From assembly GCA_013822395.1 (NCBI GenBank), contig PNKK01000011.1, positions 4,557 to 68,556 on the forward strand: 64,000 nt of DNA. Reading direction: 5' to 3'. The translations under genes were made by a program, and so were the position numbers. The DNA comes from Anaerolinea sp. Its GTDB lineage: Bacteria; Chloroflexota; Limnocylindria; Limnocylindrales; CSP1-4. Positions 36,411-48,105 of the stretch are shown in pieces. A model generated the notes under the pieces. That model saw only the letters and a list, made by a program, of their open reading frames with translations, had not been told where the DNA came from and made no database searches. The number at the start of each line of letters is the position of its first letter. Position 1 is the stretch's first letter.

Positions 36411-37214
36411 ATGGACGGCGGGCCGGTGCGACGTGAGTCGCGCTCCGGGCGAGGAACGGATCCGATCGCCGCGAGCTGGCTCGGCCGGATCGCCTATCGC
36501 GACGCGTGGGCGCTTCAGAAGCGGCTCGTCGAGGCGCGCGTGGCGGGCGCCACCCCGGACACGCTCCTCCTGCTGGAGCACGATGCGGTCCTGACCCTCG
36601 GGAAGAACGCCGACGAGGCGCACGTGCTCGCGACGCCCCGCGAGCTGCGCAAGCGCGGGATCGAGGTTCTGCGGGTGGAACGTGGGGGCGAGGTGACCTA
36701 CCATGGGCCCGGCCAGCTCGTGGCGTACCCGATCCTTCGCCTCGGCGAGCGCGGGCTTCTCCTCCGGGCCCTGGTCCGCGCCCTCGAGGAGGCGATGATC
36801 GAGACGTGCGCCTCGCTCGGAGTCGAGACTACCCGCCGGGACGGTCATCCCGGTTGCTGGGTGACGGAGGAGGGCCGGCCGCCGCGCAAGATCGGGGCGC
36901 TCGGGATCAGGATCGAGCGCGGCGTCAGCTACCACGGGATCGCCCTGAACATCGACCCGGATCTCCGTGACTTCGAGCTCATCGACCCGTGCGGGATGCC
37001 CGGCCTCGTCTCGACCTCGATCGCCGAGGAGCTCGGCCGGACGGCGGAGCCGCCGACCACCGAGGTCGTCCGTCGCGCGGCGGAGGTCTTCGCCACGGCC
37101 CTTGGTCACGCGCTTGGCGCCGAGATCGACCCGCTGGCTCGCGAAGCGATGGACGCCGCCGGCGTCGTCGAGGTCGACACTCCCACGACCCCCGTCTTCA
37201 CCGGGGTGGCCTGA
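36411..37214 (+). CDS. lipB: lipoyl(octanoyl) transferase
   Basis: LLLLEHDAVLTLG, RGGEVTYHGPGQLVAYPI and KIGALGIRIERGVSYHGIALN are LipB hallmark motifs. Confidence 0.9.
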   Translation: MDGGPVRRESRSGRGTDPIAASWLGRIAYRDAWALQKRLVEARVAGATPDTLLLLEHDAVLTLGKNADEAHVLATPRELRKRGIEVLRVERGGEVTYHGPGQLVAYPILRLGERGLLLRALVRALEEAMIETCASLGVETTRRDGHPGCWVTEEGRPPRKIGALGIRIERGVSYHGIALNIDPDLRDFELIDPCGMPGLVSTSIAEELGRTAEPPTTEVVRRAAEVFATALGHALGAEIDPLAREAMDAAGVVEVDTPTTPVFTGVA

Positions 37215-37215
37215 C

Positions 37216-38211
37216 GTGGCCGCCGGCCTCTTCGAGCTGCGCAAGGACCCGATCACCGGCTGGTGGGTCGCGACCATCGTCGACCGAGCCTTCCACCGCG
37301 ACCGCTTTGCCCGGCATGCGGAGCAGATCGACGACGCCGGGGATTGCCAGAACTGCCGCCTCCCCGAGGGTGACGGCGTTCGCCTCCGCGTCCTCAAGGA
37401 CTACGCGTTCCACGTCGTCGGCACGGAGGAGGAGGCGAGGGAGCTCGATCAGCGCTTCGCCCAGGTCGCGCTTTCGAGCGCTCGCGCCGCGGGGAGCTGG
37501 CGGACCATCGTGGCGCCGCCGGGCGAGCACCGCGGCCTTCACCAGGTCGGCTCGGCGATCGTCGAGGCGATGATCACCGGCGCCCGCGACGCCATCGCGA
37601 CGGCGCGGACGGCCAACCAGACCGACTATCTCCAGGTCGTCCAGAACTGGGGCGCTCAGTCGGGCGCCCGGACGAACCACCTCTGCCTCGAGCTCTACGA
37701 CCTGCCGCAGATTCCGCACCGGATCGCCGAGGAGCTCGGCGGTGCTGCCCGCTTCGTGATCCGGGAAGGGGAGTGTCCGTACTGCCGGCTCGTCCGGGAG
37801 GCGACCCGGACGCGGGAGCGGCTCGTCTGGGAGGACGCGGACGGCGTCGCGTTCGCACCACGGGCGTCACGCTCTGCCTTCGAGCTGTGGATCGTGCCGC
37901 GCCGTCACGAGGCAGACTTCGGACGGGTGACGGAGGCGGACATCCGAGCGACCGGCGCGGCCCTGCGGCACGTCCTCGGGATTCTGGCCCGGACGCTCGA
38001 CGGTCCGCCCTACAACCTGATTCTCCACACGGCGCCGCTCCGTGAGCGCGTCGACGCGACGTACCATTGGCACTGGGAGATCCACCCGCGCCTGCGGGAC
38101 ATCGCGGGCCTGGAGCTGGGCACGGGCCTGCCGGTGAACTCGGTCTCTCCGGAGGACGCGGTGGAGGAGCTGCTCACGCGTGCCGTCGGCACCGCGGAGA
38201 CGCCCGGTTGA
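37216..38211 (+). CDS. GalT/HIT-superfamily nucleotidyltransferase (galactose-1-phosphate uridylyltransferase-like)
   Basis: Two Cys pairs (CQNC, CPYC) and the histidine motif YHWHWEIHP. The GTG start lies 2 nt after the lipB stop. Confidence 0.65.
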   Translation: MAAGLFELRKDPITGWWVATIVDRAFHRDRFARHAEQIDDAGDCQNCRLPEGDGVRLRVLKDYAFHVVGTEEEARELDQRFAQVALSSARAAGSWRTIVAPPGEHRGLHQVGSAIVEAMITGARDAIATARTANQTDYLQVVQNWGAQSGARTNHLCLELYDLPQIPHRIAEELGGAARFVIREGECPYCRLVREATRTRERLVWEDADGVAFAPRASRSAFELWIVPRRHEADFGRVTEADIRATGAALRHVLGILARTLDGPPYNLILHTAPLRERVDATYHWHWEIHPRLRDIAGLELGTGLPVNSVSPEDAVEELLTRAVGTAETPG

Positions 38212-38383
38212 GCCCGCCGCGTCACATCGCCCCCGGGCGCGTCGTCCCTCGACACGGTGGCGCGCGACCCCAAGCTTGTGCGCGGCCGCCCATCACGGAA
38301 GGATCTGGATGTTCGGCAGCAGCGAGCCGGGGGGCTTCGCGGTCGCCCCGGGCGCGCGCGGGCGCCCGGGGGTCGGCACCGTC

Positions 38384-38968
38384 ATGACCGGTACCTGGGA
38401 CCAGGACTCAGCCGGAGCATTCCTCGAGACCCTGTTCGCCAGGCACCACGGCGAGATCTACGCGTACCTGCTCCGGATGCTCCGTGACCCGGAGCTCGCG
38501 GCCGATCTGACCCAGGACGCCTTCGTGAAGGCATACCGCGCCTACGACACGCTCCAGAAGGGCGACAACGCGCGGGCCTGGCTGTACCAGATCGCCCACC
38601 GGGTCGCCCTGGACGACATCAGGCGCCGGAAGATCGTCAGGTTTCTCCCGTTCACCGGTGAGGCGAAGGGCTCGTCGCCGTCCGCTGAACGTCTCGCCAT
38701 GGACGTCCGCCTGTCCGGCCCGCTCGAGCGGGCGATGGCCCGGATCCCGGAACGCCAGCGCGCGGCCCTCTTGCTCGCCGAGGTCCACGACCTGACCGGC
38801 CTCGAGCTGGCCGCCGCACTGGGGATCAGCCACGTCGCCGCACGGGCCCTCCTCACGCGTGCCCGCCAGAGCCTGCGAGAGGCACTCGCCTCCGAGAAGG
38901 ACGCGGAATCTGCCGCCGAAGCTGAACGGGATGCCGCCTACGCCCGTGACCGGGAGCTCGGCCGATGA
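38384..38968 (+). CDS. ECF (sigma-70 family) RNA polymerase sigma factor
   Basis: Region 2 (LAADLTQDAFVKAYRAYDTL...ARAWLYQIAHRVALDDIRRRK) and region 4 (LLLAEVHDLTGLELAAALGISHVAARALLTRARQSL). An alternative ATG lies at 38309. Confidence 0.85.
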   Translation: MTGTWDQDSAGAFLETLFARHHGEIYAYLLRMLRDPELAADLTQDAFVKAYRAYDTLQKGDNARAWLYQIAHRVALDDIRRRKIVRFLPFTGEAKGSSPSAERLAMDVRLSGPLERAMARIPERQRAALLLAEVHDLTGLELAAALGISHVAARALLTRARQSLREALASEKDAESAAEAERDAAYARDRELGR

Positions 38969-41031
38969 CGCTCCCGTTCCGCCGGCGCCACCACGATCAC
39001 GAGGCGTCGCACGATCGCGCCCGGGCGATCGTCGCGATGGGCTTCCTGGAGCCGACCGAGCCCGGCGACGCGGCCTGGCTCGAGGCGCACCTCATCGGCT
39101 GCGGTGAGTGCCGGATCGAGATCGAGGCGTACCGCGCGGATCGCGAGCTGCTGCGGGGCCTCCGGACCAGCGTCCCGGAACCACCGCGCGACCTCTGGGC
39201 GCGGACGGCCGCGTCGATCGAGCGAGAGGCCGGGCGCCACGATCGCACCGCGCGGGCGCCGGTCGACGGCCGGCGTATCGGGCGAGTCCCGCTCGGGGTC
39301 CTGGCCGGCGTCCTCGTCGTTCTTGTCGTCGTGGGCACGTCGCTCGTCCCGCGCGGGATCGGTCCGACCGTGCCGGCGGGCTCTGCCGTCGCGGTGGCCT
39401 CCCCGCCTCCCGAGCCGACGCCGCTCGCGGTCACCGCCAAGACCCTCACCTGGGTTCAGGAGGGTGGCGACGGAACGTTCCAGGTCGTCTTTGCCAACGT
39501 CAGCCAGGTCTGCGCGGCAGCTTCCGAGGCGTGCGCGCCCTTCGACAACGCCTCCACCCCGCTCCTGACGCTGCCGAGCGAGCCCCAGGCGGTCGTCCTC
39601 TCGCCGACGAGCGAGCAGCTCATCGTGGTCTCGGCCGCAACGAGCAGCGGTGGTGGCGAGGTCCTCGTCGTCCCGGTGCCGACCCCGGAGCCGAGCGCCA
39701 GCTCGAGCGCATCGTCCGTCATGCCTCCCACGCCGGCGCCCACCGAGCCGGCGCCCACCGAGCCGGCGCCCACCACGCCGGCGCCCACCACGCCGGCGCC
39801 CACCGAGCCGGCGCCCACGCTTACGGCGACCCCCGACACCACCGAGGGTCCCGGCGAGAACCCTGCGCCATCGGCGTCACCGTCCGGTTCGCCGGACCCG
39901 AACGACAGCTGGTCGATCCTCTCCGGCGTCATCGTCGTGGGCGAGGCGGCGTACTCCGCGGACGGCCGCTGGCTCGCCTTCTCGGCCCGCCCGATCGACG
40001 GGAGCGCCGGACCGGACCTCTACCTGTGGCGCGTTGGCGATCCGGTCGCCAGCGCCGTGACGGCCGACCGCCGGACATTCTTCGCCGGCTGGTTCGGAAA
40101 CCTCGTCCTCGCGAGCCGCGTGGAGCCGATCGACACGCCGAGCCTCCTCGAATTGCCGGCCGCCTCCGACCTTCCGCCGGTCGATCCGACTCCGACCCCG
40201 GAGCCCGATCAGGCGCCGAAGCCAGGCGATCCGAAGCCCGACCGGACGCCGAAAGCCGGCGGCCCGAAGCAGGGCGCGGCACCGAGCCCCACGCCGAGCC
40301 CGGTGCCTGCCACGGAGCCGAGCGGGTCTCCGGAGCCCACACCGACGGCGGCTGCGGCACCCGTCGAGAACCACCCTGTCTCGTTCCTCCTCGACCCGGA
40401 AACGGGCACCGTGACAGGCCTGGCCGGCCACGACATCTGGCGCCCGGTCGTCGACCCGACGTCAAGGGCGATCGTCTACTGGTCCGGGACGCTCGTCCCG
40501 GACGGAACCGGCACGGGCTGGGCCCTCGGCACCGGGCGGCTCCTCCTCGACGGCTGGATCGCCCCCGTCGTCACCCCGATGGCGAGCCCTGATCCGAGCG
40601 CCTCGGCGGACGCGACCGCCACCCCCGAGGCTTCGCTCGATTCCCTGGCCAGCGCCACGCCGCCGCCCGAGCCCGGACCGGTCGGCTCACCGGTGGTTCT
40701 CGCGGAAGGGCCGCTCGCCGATTTCGAGGCCAGCTTCGATCCGACCGGAACCCGGCTGGCCGTCTGGATTCGCGATCCCGTGAACGCCGATGTCGGAACG
40801 CTGCGGCTTGTCGCACTCGACCCGGAGACCGGTGGCATCGTCGAGGGCTTGGACCCGCTCCCGGGCGTCGCGGCGCTCCGCGGCTTTTCGATCGGGGAGA
40901 ACCGGCTCGCGTGGGTGACGCCACCCGGCCAGGACGGCGAGCCGAGCCACGTCCAGGTCCTCGCCTGGACGGGCGACGAGTTCGGACAGGCCGCCGGCGT
41001 CGCGGTCGATGGGCTCCTCGTCGTTCGCTGA
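38965..41031 (+). CDS. anti-sigma factor (zf-HC2) with Pro-rich linker and TolB/beta-propeller-like exterior
   Basis: ATGA overlap with the sigma gene. HLIGCGECRIEIEAY zinc motif, one TM helix, and AYSADGRWLAFSARPIDGSAGPDLYLW-type propeller repeats. Confidence 0.8.
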   Translation: MTLPFRRRHHDHEASHDRARAIVAMGFLEPTEPGDAAWLEAHLIGCGECRIEIEAYRADRELLRGLRTSVPEPPRDLWARTAASIEREAGRHDRTARAPVDGRRIGRVPLGVLAGVLVVLVVVGTSLVPRGIGPTVPAGSAVAVASPPPEPTPLAVTAKTLTWVQEGGDGTFQVVFANVSQVCAAASEACAPFDNASTPLLTLPSEPQAVVLSPTSEQLIVVSAATSSGGGEVLVVPVPTPEPSASSSASSVMPPTPAPTEPAPTEPAPTTPAPTTPAPTEPAPTLTATPDTTEGPGENPAPSASPSGSPDPNDSWSILSGVIVVGEAAYSADGRWLAFSARPIDGSAGPDLYLWRVGDPVASAVTADRRTFFAGWFGNLVLASRVEPIDTPSLLELPAASDLPPVDPTPTPEPDQAPKPGDPKPDRTPKAGGPKQGAAPSPTPSPVPATEPSGSPEPTPTAAAAPVENHPVSFLLDPETGTVTGLAGHDIWRPVVDPTSRAIVYWSGTLVPDGTGTGWALGTGRLLLDGWIAPVVTPMASPDPSASADATATPEASLDSLASATPPPEPGPVGSPVVLAEGPLADFEASFDPTGTRLAVWIRDPVNADVGTLRLVALDPETGGIVEGLDPLPGVAALRGFSIGENRLAWVTPPGQDGEPSHVQVLAWTGDEFGQAAGVAVDGLLVVR
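39732..39815 (+). repeat. 15-nt tandem repeat, ~5.5 copies (PAPTE/PAPTT)
   Basis: Units gccggcgcccaccga(g/c) in frame in the anti-sigma linker. Confidence 0.9.
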
Positions 41032-41106
41032 CCACAGATTCGGTGGTGCGCCGGGGCACCGCCCCGAACCACCCCGAACGGCCCTCCGCGACACCGATCA
41101 CCGGAA

Positions 41107-41682
41107 ATGCCGTATCGTCGCATCGTGCGACCCAGCAGGACGGTCGCGATCGCGGTGCTCACCGCCGCGCTCGCGCTCGGCGCGCTGCCAGGCCTCGTCG
41201 GCTCCCGGGAACCGAGCCGCGTGCAGCCCATCGACGCAGCGTCGTTCAGAGACGTCATCCTCGCGGCGGCCGGCGACCGATCGATCGAGAAGATATCGGC
41301 GCCCGATTCGGCGTACGCCGCCGCCGGCCGGCTGGATCCCGCCTCTGCTTTCCGGGACGCGGCCTCCGGCGCCGACGCGGCCCCGACCGATCGCCCCGCT
41401 GCCGCCCTCCCGAAAGCAGCGGCGGGGTGGGACTGGAAGCCGCCTCGCTACACGCTGAGCGGCTATGCGACCTTCTACGACAACGGGACGACGGCGATGC
41501 GCCTGCCGCGCGGCACGGTCGTCGTCGTCTGCGGGGAGGGGGGCTGCCTGGAGCGGGTGGTGAACGACTACGGGCCGGTCAGGCAGACCCGGGTCGTGGA
41601 CCTGTACCGGCCCGACTTCTTCAAGATCTGCGGCTGTGCCTCGTGGTCCGGCACGACCCTGGTGACCGTCCGGGTCTACTGA
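41107..41682 (+). CDS. RlpA-like double-psi beta-barrel (DPBB) secreted protein
   Basis: A signal peptide. The C-terminus GYATFYDNGTTAMRLPRGTVVVVCGEGGCLERVVNDYGP...VVDLYRPDF fits the RlpA/expansin-like DPBB pattern. Confidence 0.7.
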   Translation: MPYRRIVRPSRTVAIAVLTAALALGALPGLVGSREPSRVQPIDAASFRDVILAAAGDRSIEKISAPDSAYAAAGRLDPASAFRDAASGADAAPTDRPAAALPKAAAGWDWKPPRYTLSGYATFYDNGTTAMRLPRGTVVVVCGEGGCLERVVNDYGPVRQTRVVDLYRPDFFKICGCASWSGTTLVTVRVY

Positions 41683-41714
41683 TCGGGTAGACTCGTCCTC
41701 GACCTTCGAGACCG

Positions 41715-43540
<1,826 letters not shown>

Positions 43541-43544
<4 letters not shown>

Positions 43545-44986
43545 CCGCCGGCCTCGCTGACCGCTCGTTCGTGGGAGCCCACCTCGCCGATCTCGAGATC
43601 AGCCGGGCCTGGCTCGTGGACCCGGTGAGCGGCCGCGAGGGACCCGGCGAGATCGTGGTCACGGATGGCGTCCTGGAGGCCGTGACCTGGCTGGAGGGCG
43701 TCGAGGCGGACGGCGTGGACGCGTCCGGGATCATCGTCGCTCCTGGATTCCTGGACCTGCATGCGCACTTCCGAGAGCCCGGAAACGAGGACGCGGAGAC
43801 GGTCGCCACCGGGCTCGCCGCGGCGGCGCACGGCGGGTTCACCGCGGTCTGCATCATGCCGAACACGACGCCGGCCCTCGACGAGCCGTCGGTCCTGGCA
43901 CGGATCCGGGACGCGACTGCAGCCTCCGGGTCGCCCGTGACGCTGCTCGCCCACGGTGCGGTGTCGGTGGGTCGGGCCGGAGAGCAGCTCGCCGCGCTCG
44001 GCGAGCTGGCGGATGCGGGTGTCGTCGGGTTCAGTGACGACGGGGCACCGATCCGCTCGGCGTCGATCTTCCGAAATGCGCTCGCCTACGCGGGGATGCT
44101 CGGGCTGCCGATCGTTGACCACCCGGAGGACGCCACGCTCACCCAGGGTGCCGAGGCGAACGAGGGCCTCATCGCGACGGTCCTGGGGCTGCGCGGTTGG
44201 CCCGGTGCGGCCGAGGCCGGAGCGGTCGCTCGCGATCTCGCGATCCTGGCCGAGGTCGTCGGGGACGTACCGGGCGCACGGCTGCACCTGACCCACCTCT
44301 CCACGGCGGCGTCGCTGGAGCTCGTCCGGCGGGCGAAGGCCGCCGGCCTGCCCGTGACCTGCGACGTCACGCCCCACCACCTCGCGCTCACGGACGAGTG
44401 GATCGCCGGGTCGCGACGCTGGAGTTGGGAGGCGCTCGAGGACAACGGCGCGGCGCGGGACCCATGGCGGGACGGCGCGATCACGGCGCGGCCGTTCGAT
44501 CCGTCGCTCCGGGTCAATCCGCCGCTCCGCTCGGCGGTGGACGCGGCTGCCTGCCTTGGCGCCCTCGCCGACGGCACGGCCGATGCCATCGCCACGGATC
44601 ACGCCCCCCACGCCGAGGTGGACAAGGCGGTCGAGTTCGGCCTCGCGGCCAACGGGATCAGCGGGATCGAGGCGGCACTCGGGGTCGTGCTGGCGGCGGT
44701 CGGCGCCGGCCGGCTCCCGCTCGCGACGGCGATCGCGGCGCTCACCACCGGCCCCGCCCGCGTCCTGGGGGATCGCGCTCCCGGTGGCCCCGGTCCGCGC
44801 GGGCTGGTGGAGGGGCGCCCAGCGGACCTCGTCGTGTTCGACCGATCGGCTTCGTGGCGCGTTGATGCGGACACGCTTATCTCCCGGGGGAAGAGCTCGC
44901 CGCTGTTCGGTCGGGAGCTCTCGGGCTGTGTCCTCCTGACCGTCGCCGGCGGCCGGATCGCCTACCAGGCACCCGCCGAGGCCTGA
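43541..44986 (+). CDS. pyrC: dihydroorotase
   Basis: DLHAHFREPG metal motif, and DHAPH. The GTG overlaps the pyrB stop. Confidence 0.92.
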
Positions 44987-45026
44987 CCCTGGGCCTCGCC
45001 CCGGCCCGTAGGCCCGTAGGTCGCCC

Positions 45027-45470
45027 TTGACAACCTCTTGGGGGGTATGGTCCAGGCCACTACTGCGACGTGGATGTCGCAGATCCGAACCGGGGGATGC
45101 TCATGCGGCGAAAGATCATGGACGTTGGGTCTGGACCTGGGAGGTCTGGCTCCAGGGCAGCGTCTGCTGGACCGACGGCACGAACAGCACCTGCACCGAC
45201 CGCACCCGCTATGACGTCCAGACGGTGACCCTCAACGAGCTCGGCCACGTCAACACCCTGGCCCATCACCTGCCCGAGAAGGCACACGACACCAACCCCG
45301 ACTACGACGATGCCGTCGTGCAGTTGGCCCCCGATCCGGTCGGCGCGGGCCATCCGTTCGCCTTCAACCGGTCGCTGCGCTGGGCGGACATCGGCGCCCT
45401 GCGGGTGCGGTACGGAGCCGACCCCGTCCCCTGTACGATCCCACCCTGCCCGTTGGGAGCTGAGCGATGA
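45027..45470 (+). CDS. metzincin-like fragment with NExxHxxxxxH variant motif (possibly 5'-degraded)
   Basis: YDVQTVTLNELGHVNTLAHH aligns to HExxHxxxxxH with the first His replaced by Asn. The coding signal (GC3) begins only around 45120, and the only in-frame start is a TTG at 45027. Confidence 0.4.
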   Translation: MTTSWGVWSRPLLRRGCRRSEPGDAHAAKDHGRWVWTWEVWLQGSVCWTDGTNSTCTDRTRYDVQTVTLNELGHVNTLAHHLPEKAHDTNPDYDDAVVQLAPDPVGAGHPFAFNRSLRWADIGALRVRYGADPVPCTIPPCPLGAER

Positions 45471-46114
45471 CCCCGCGACCCGTCCCCGTTTTGGCGCTTG
45501 CGCTCACCCTGGCGGCCTGCGGCGGCGCCGCCGGTCCGGAGCCGCCGGCGACCGACCCGCCGTCCTCGCCCGTCGTTCCGGGCACGCCGCCCGCCGCCAC
45601 CCCGCACGGCGAGCAGGTCGTCGGGTCGGCGACCTCGATCCCCTATGAGTCGTTTGCCCAGTGGGCCGGCTACTTCGACGGGGTAGCGATCGTGCGCGTC
45701 GTCGATGTCGGTGCGCCGCGCTGGAGCACGCCGTCGGGCGAGCGGCCGACGGAGGCAGACCTCCACGCCTCGCCGACCGGCGACCTTCCAAGGCCGCTGT
45801 TGGTCATCGGGCGGCCGATCACCGTCGAGCTCGTCCGCGAGGTCCGGGGCGCCTGGCCGGCTCCCGGCAAGAAGGCCGTCTGGTGGGTCCCCGGCGGCCG
45901 GATCGGGGCCGATGAGCTCATCAGCACGGGTCCAAACCTCCGTGAGCCCGTGATCGGCGAGCTGGCGGTCGCATTCACGGCCGCCCAGACGTACCTGCCA
46001 GTGCCGCTGACCTACATCGGCTCCCTGTTCGCGGCCGACGCATCAGGACGGGTCGAGACCTTCGATTCCAGCGAGATGGTCACCCTCGACACGCTCGATC
46101 AGGCGCTGCCCTGA
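45467..46114 (+). CDS. lipoprotein of unknown function
   Basis: ATGA overlap with the upstream ORF. Lipobox LALTLAAC. Confidence 0.7.
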   Translation: MTPRPVPVLALALTLAACGGAAGPEPPATDPPSSPVVPGTPPAATPHGEQVVGSATSIPYESFAQWAGYFDGVAIVRVVDVGAPRWSTPSGERPTEADLHASPTGDLPRPLLVIGRPITVELVREVRGAWPAPGKKAVWWVPGGRIGADELISTGPNLREPVIGELAVAFTAAQTYLPVPLTYIGSLFAADASGRVETFDSSEMVTLDTLDQALP

Positions 46115-46458
46115 GCGAGGCCGCCGACCGGCCGCGGGCTCGGGCCACCGCGCGAATCCATCGACGCACCCGAGCGTCCTGATCGCCGCCTCGGCCGGCA
46201 CGCGGTCGGATCTCGGCGGTCTGTCGTGTACGGCAGAACGGGCGATGGCTCGGGTCGCACCCGGGGCGGCCGGTCGCCGCCTCACCAGCCCGGATACGGA
46301 GGCGAGCCGGCCGGTCGCCGGTGCCAGCCAACCGCAGTACCCACGGATCGAGCGGGAGACCCTTCCTTCGCCGCCGCCAGTCTCGTCCGAGGCGACGTTG
46401 CGCGGCGATTTCGTGACAAGGCGACCCGCGCCGAGCGGGGGGCGGCTACGATTGACGT

Positions 46459-47826
46459 GTGATGGCCGCCAAGCCCGCGCTGAACCGCGATTACGAGCGC
46501 CTGGCCTACTGGCACGCGACGATGCCGCCGCTCCACGACCGCGGCGGCCGGCAGCTGCCCGACACCGTGGACGTCGCGATCGTCGGCGGGGGGTACACGG
46601 GCGTCGCGGCCGCCAGGAAGCTCGCGATCCAGGGGGCACGGGCAGTGCTCCTGGAGGCCCGGACGCTCGGTTGGGGCGCCTCGACCCGCAACGGCGGGAT
46701 CGCTCACCCGGGATTCAAGTGGGGCCCGCGATCCCTGACGAAGCGCTACGGTCCGGAGCTCGCCCGCGCGATCTACAGCGAGTCGCTCGAAGCCCTGGAG
46801 CTGGTCTTCGGGCTGATCCGCGACAACGACATCGATGCCGAGCTCCGCCCGAACGGCTGGCTCGAGCTCGCCTGGGCGCCGAGCCATTTCGAGGACTTTG
46901 CCGCCGAGGCGGAGGCGCTCCGCGAGTTCGGCGCGCGGGCGCGGGTCGTGGAGAGGGATCGCCTCCGCGAGGAGATCGGCACCGGCGCGTACCACGGCGG
47001 CCTGGCCGTCGAGCCTGGCGGTGTCCTGCACCCGGCGAAGTGGTTCGCCGGCCTCGTCGGGCTGGCCGAGCGAGCCGGCGCCGACCTGCACGAGGGGACG
47101 CCGGTCAGGTCGATCCGGAGGCAGGCCGACGGGCGCTTCGTGGTCGAGACGGGCCGCGGCGCGATCCTCGCCCGCGACGTCCTCGTGGCGACGAACGGCT
47201 ACACGGACGGAGCCGCCCCGAGCGTGCGGCGCCGGATCGTCCCCATCGGGAGCTACATCATCGCCACCGAGCCCCTCCCGGCCGACCTCGCCCATGAGCT
47301 GTCGCCGACCGGGCGCGCCTACTGGGACACGAAGAGCTTCCTGTCGTACTGGCACGTCTCCGCGGATCGCCGCCTCGTCTTCGGCGGCCGGGTCAGCTTC
47401 CTCCCGACGACGGTGGACCGGACGGCCCGTCTCCTCTTCGCCCGGATGCTCGAGGTCCACCCACAGGTCGCCGGATACCGCGTGGAGTACTCGTGGGGCG
47501 GCAAGGTCGCGATGACGTTCGACCGCATGCCGCATGTCGGGCGGCTCGGCGGCGTGATGCACGCGGTCGGGTACTCGGGGACAGGTGTGCTCATGTCCAC
47601 CTACCTGGGGACGCGCGCCGCGGAGTGGCTCGGCGGCGGTGAGCCGCCCGCGCTCTCGAAGCTTCGATTCCCGCTCGTGCCGGTGCCCTACGAGGGCCGG
47701 CCCTGGTTCCTGCCCTTGATCGGCGAGGTCTTCCGGATCCAGGATCGGCTGGCCGTCCGGGGCGTGCCGGCGTCCGCCGAGGCGGGTTCCGGCGCCGCGA
47801 CGGACCGGCCCGATCCGGGCCGCTGA
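46459..47826 (+). CDS. FAD-dependent oxidoreductase (DAO family, PuuB-like)
   Basis: Dinucleotide-binding motif VAIVGGGYTGVAAARKLA. About 455 aa and colinear with DAO-family oxidases. Confidence 0.85.
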   Translation: MMAAKPALNRDYERLAYWHATMPPLHDRGGRQLPDTVDVAIVGGGYTGVAAARKLAIQGARAVLLEARTLGWGASTRNGGIAHPGFKWGPRSLTKRYGPELARAIYSESLEALELVFGLIRDNDIDAELRPNGWLELAWAPSHFEDFAAEAEALREFGARARVVERDRLREEIGTGAYHGGLAVEPGGVLHPAKWFAGLVGLAERAGADLHEGTPVRSIRRQADGRFVVETGRGAILARDVLVATNGYTDGAAPSVRRRIVPIGSYIIATEPLPADLAHELSPTGRAYWDTKSFLSYWHVSADRRLVFGGRVSFLPTTVDRTARLLFARMLEVHPQVAGYRVEYSWGGKVAMTFDRMPHVGRLGGVMHAVGYSGTGVLMSTYLGTRAAEWLGGGEPPALSKLRFPLVPVPYEGRPWFLPLIGEVFRIQDRLAVRGVPASAEAGSGAATDRPDPGR

Positions 47827-48105
47827 TCTCGTCAACACTGATCGTGGCGGCGGCCGGCTGTTGGCGGCCGCATCGGGTGCGTGGCGGCATCGCGGTGCCA
47901 GTCACAGATACGCGGTGGGCATGAACGAGCGTGCCCTGGGTTGAGTTTGCGTCCGAACGTCCCGAGATCGGGGGTGGGTCGTGCTCGTTCGTCAGGGGAG
48001 CGTGTCCCAGGCTGACGCGGCCGGGCAACCGGCCACGCTCCGGCGCGTCGTCCGGGGGAGTCCTCGGGTGGCGCGGCCGGGCATTGCCCGAGGCTCTCCG
48101 AGCGG

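Noticed and set aside
45027-45053. TTGACA ... TATGGT promoter-like hexamers just after pyrC.
   Set aside because: The spacer is only 13 nt, incompatible with a sigma-70-type promoter. Probably coincidental.
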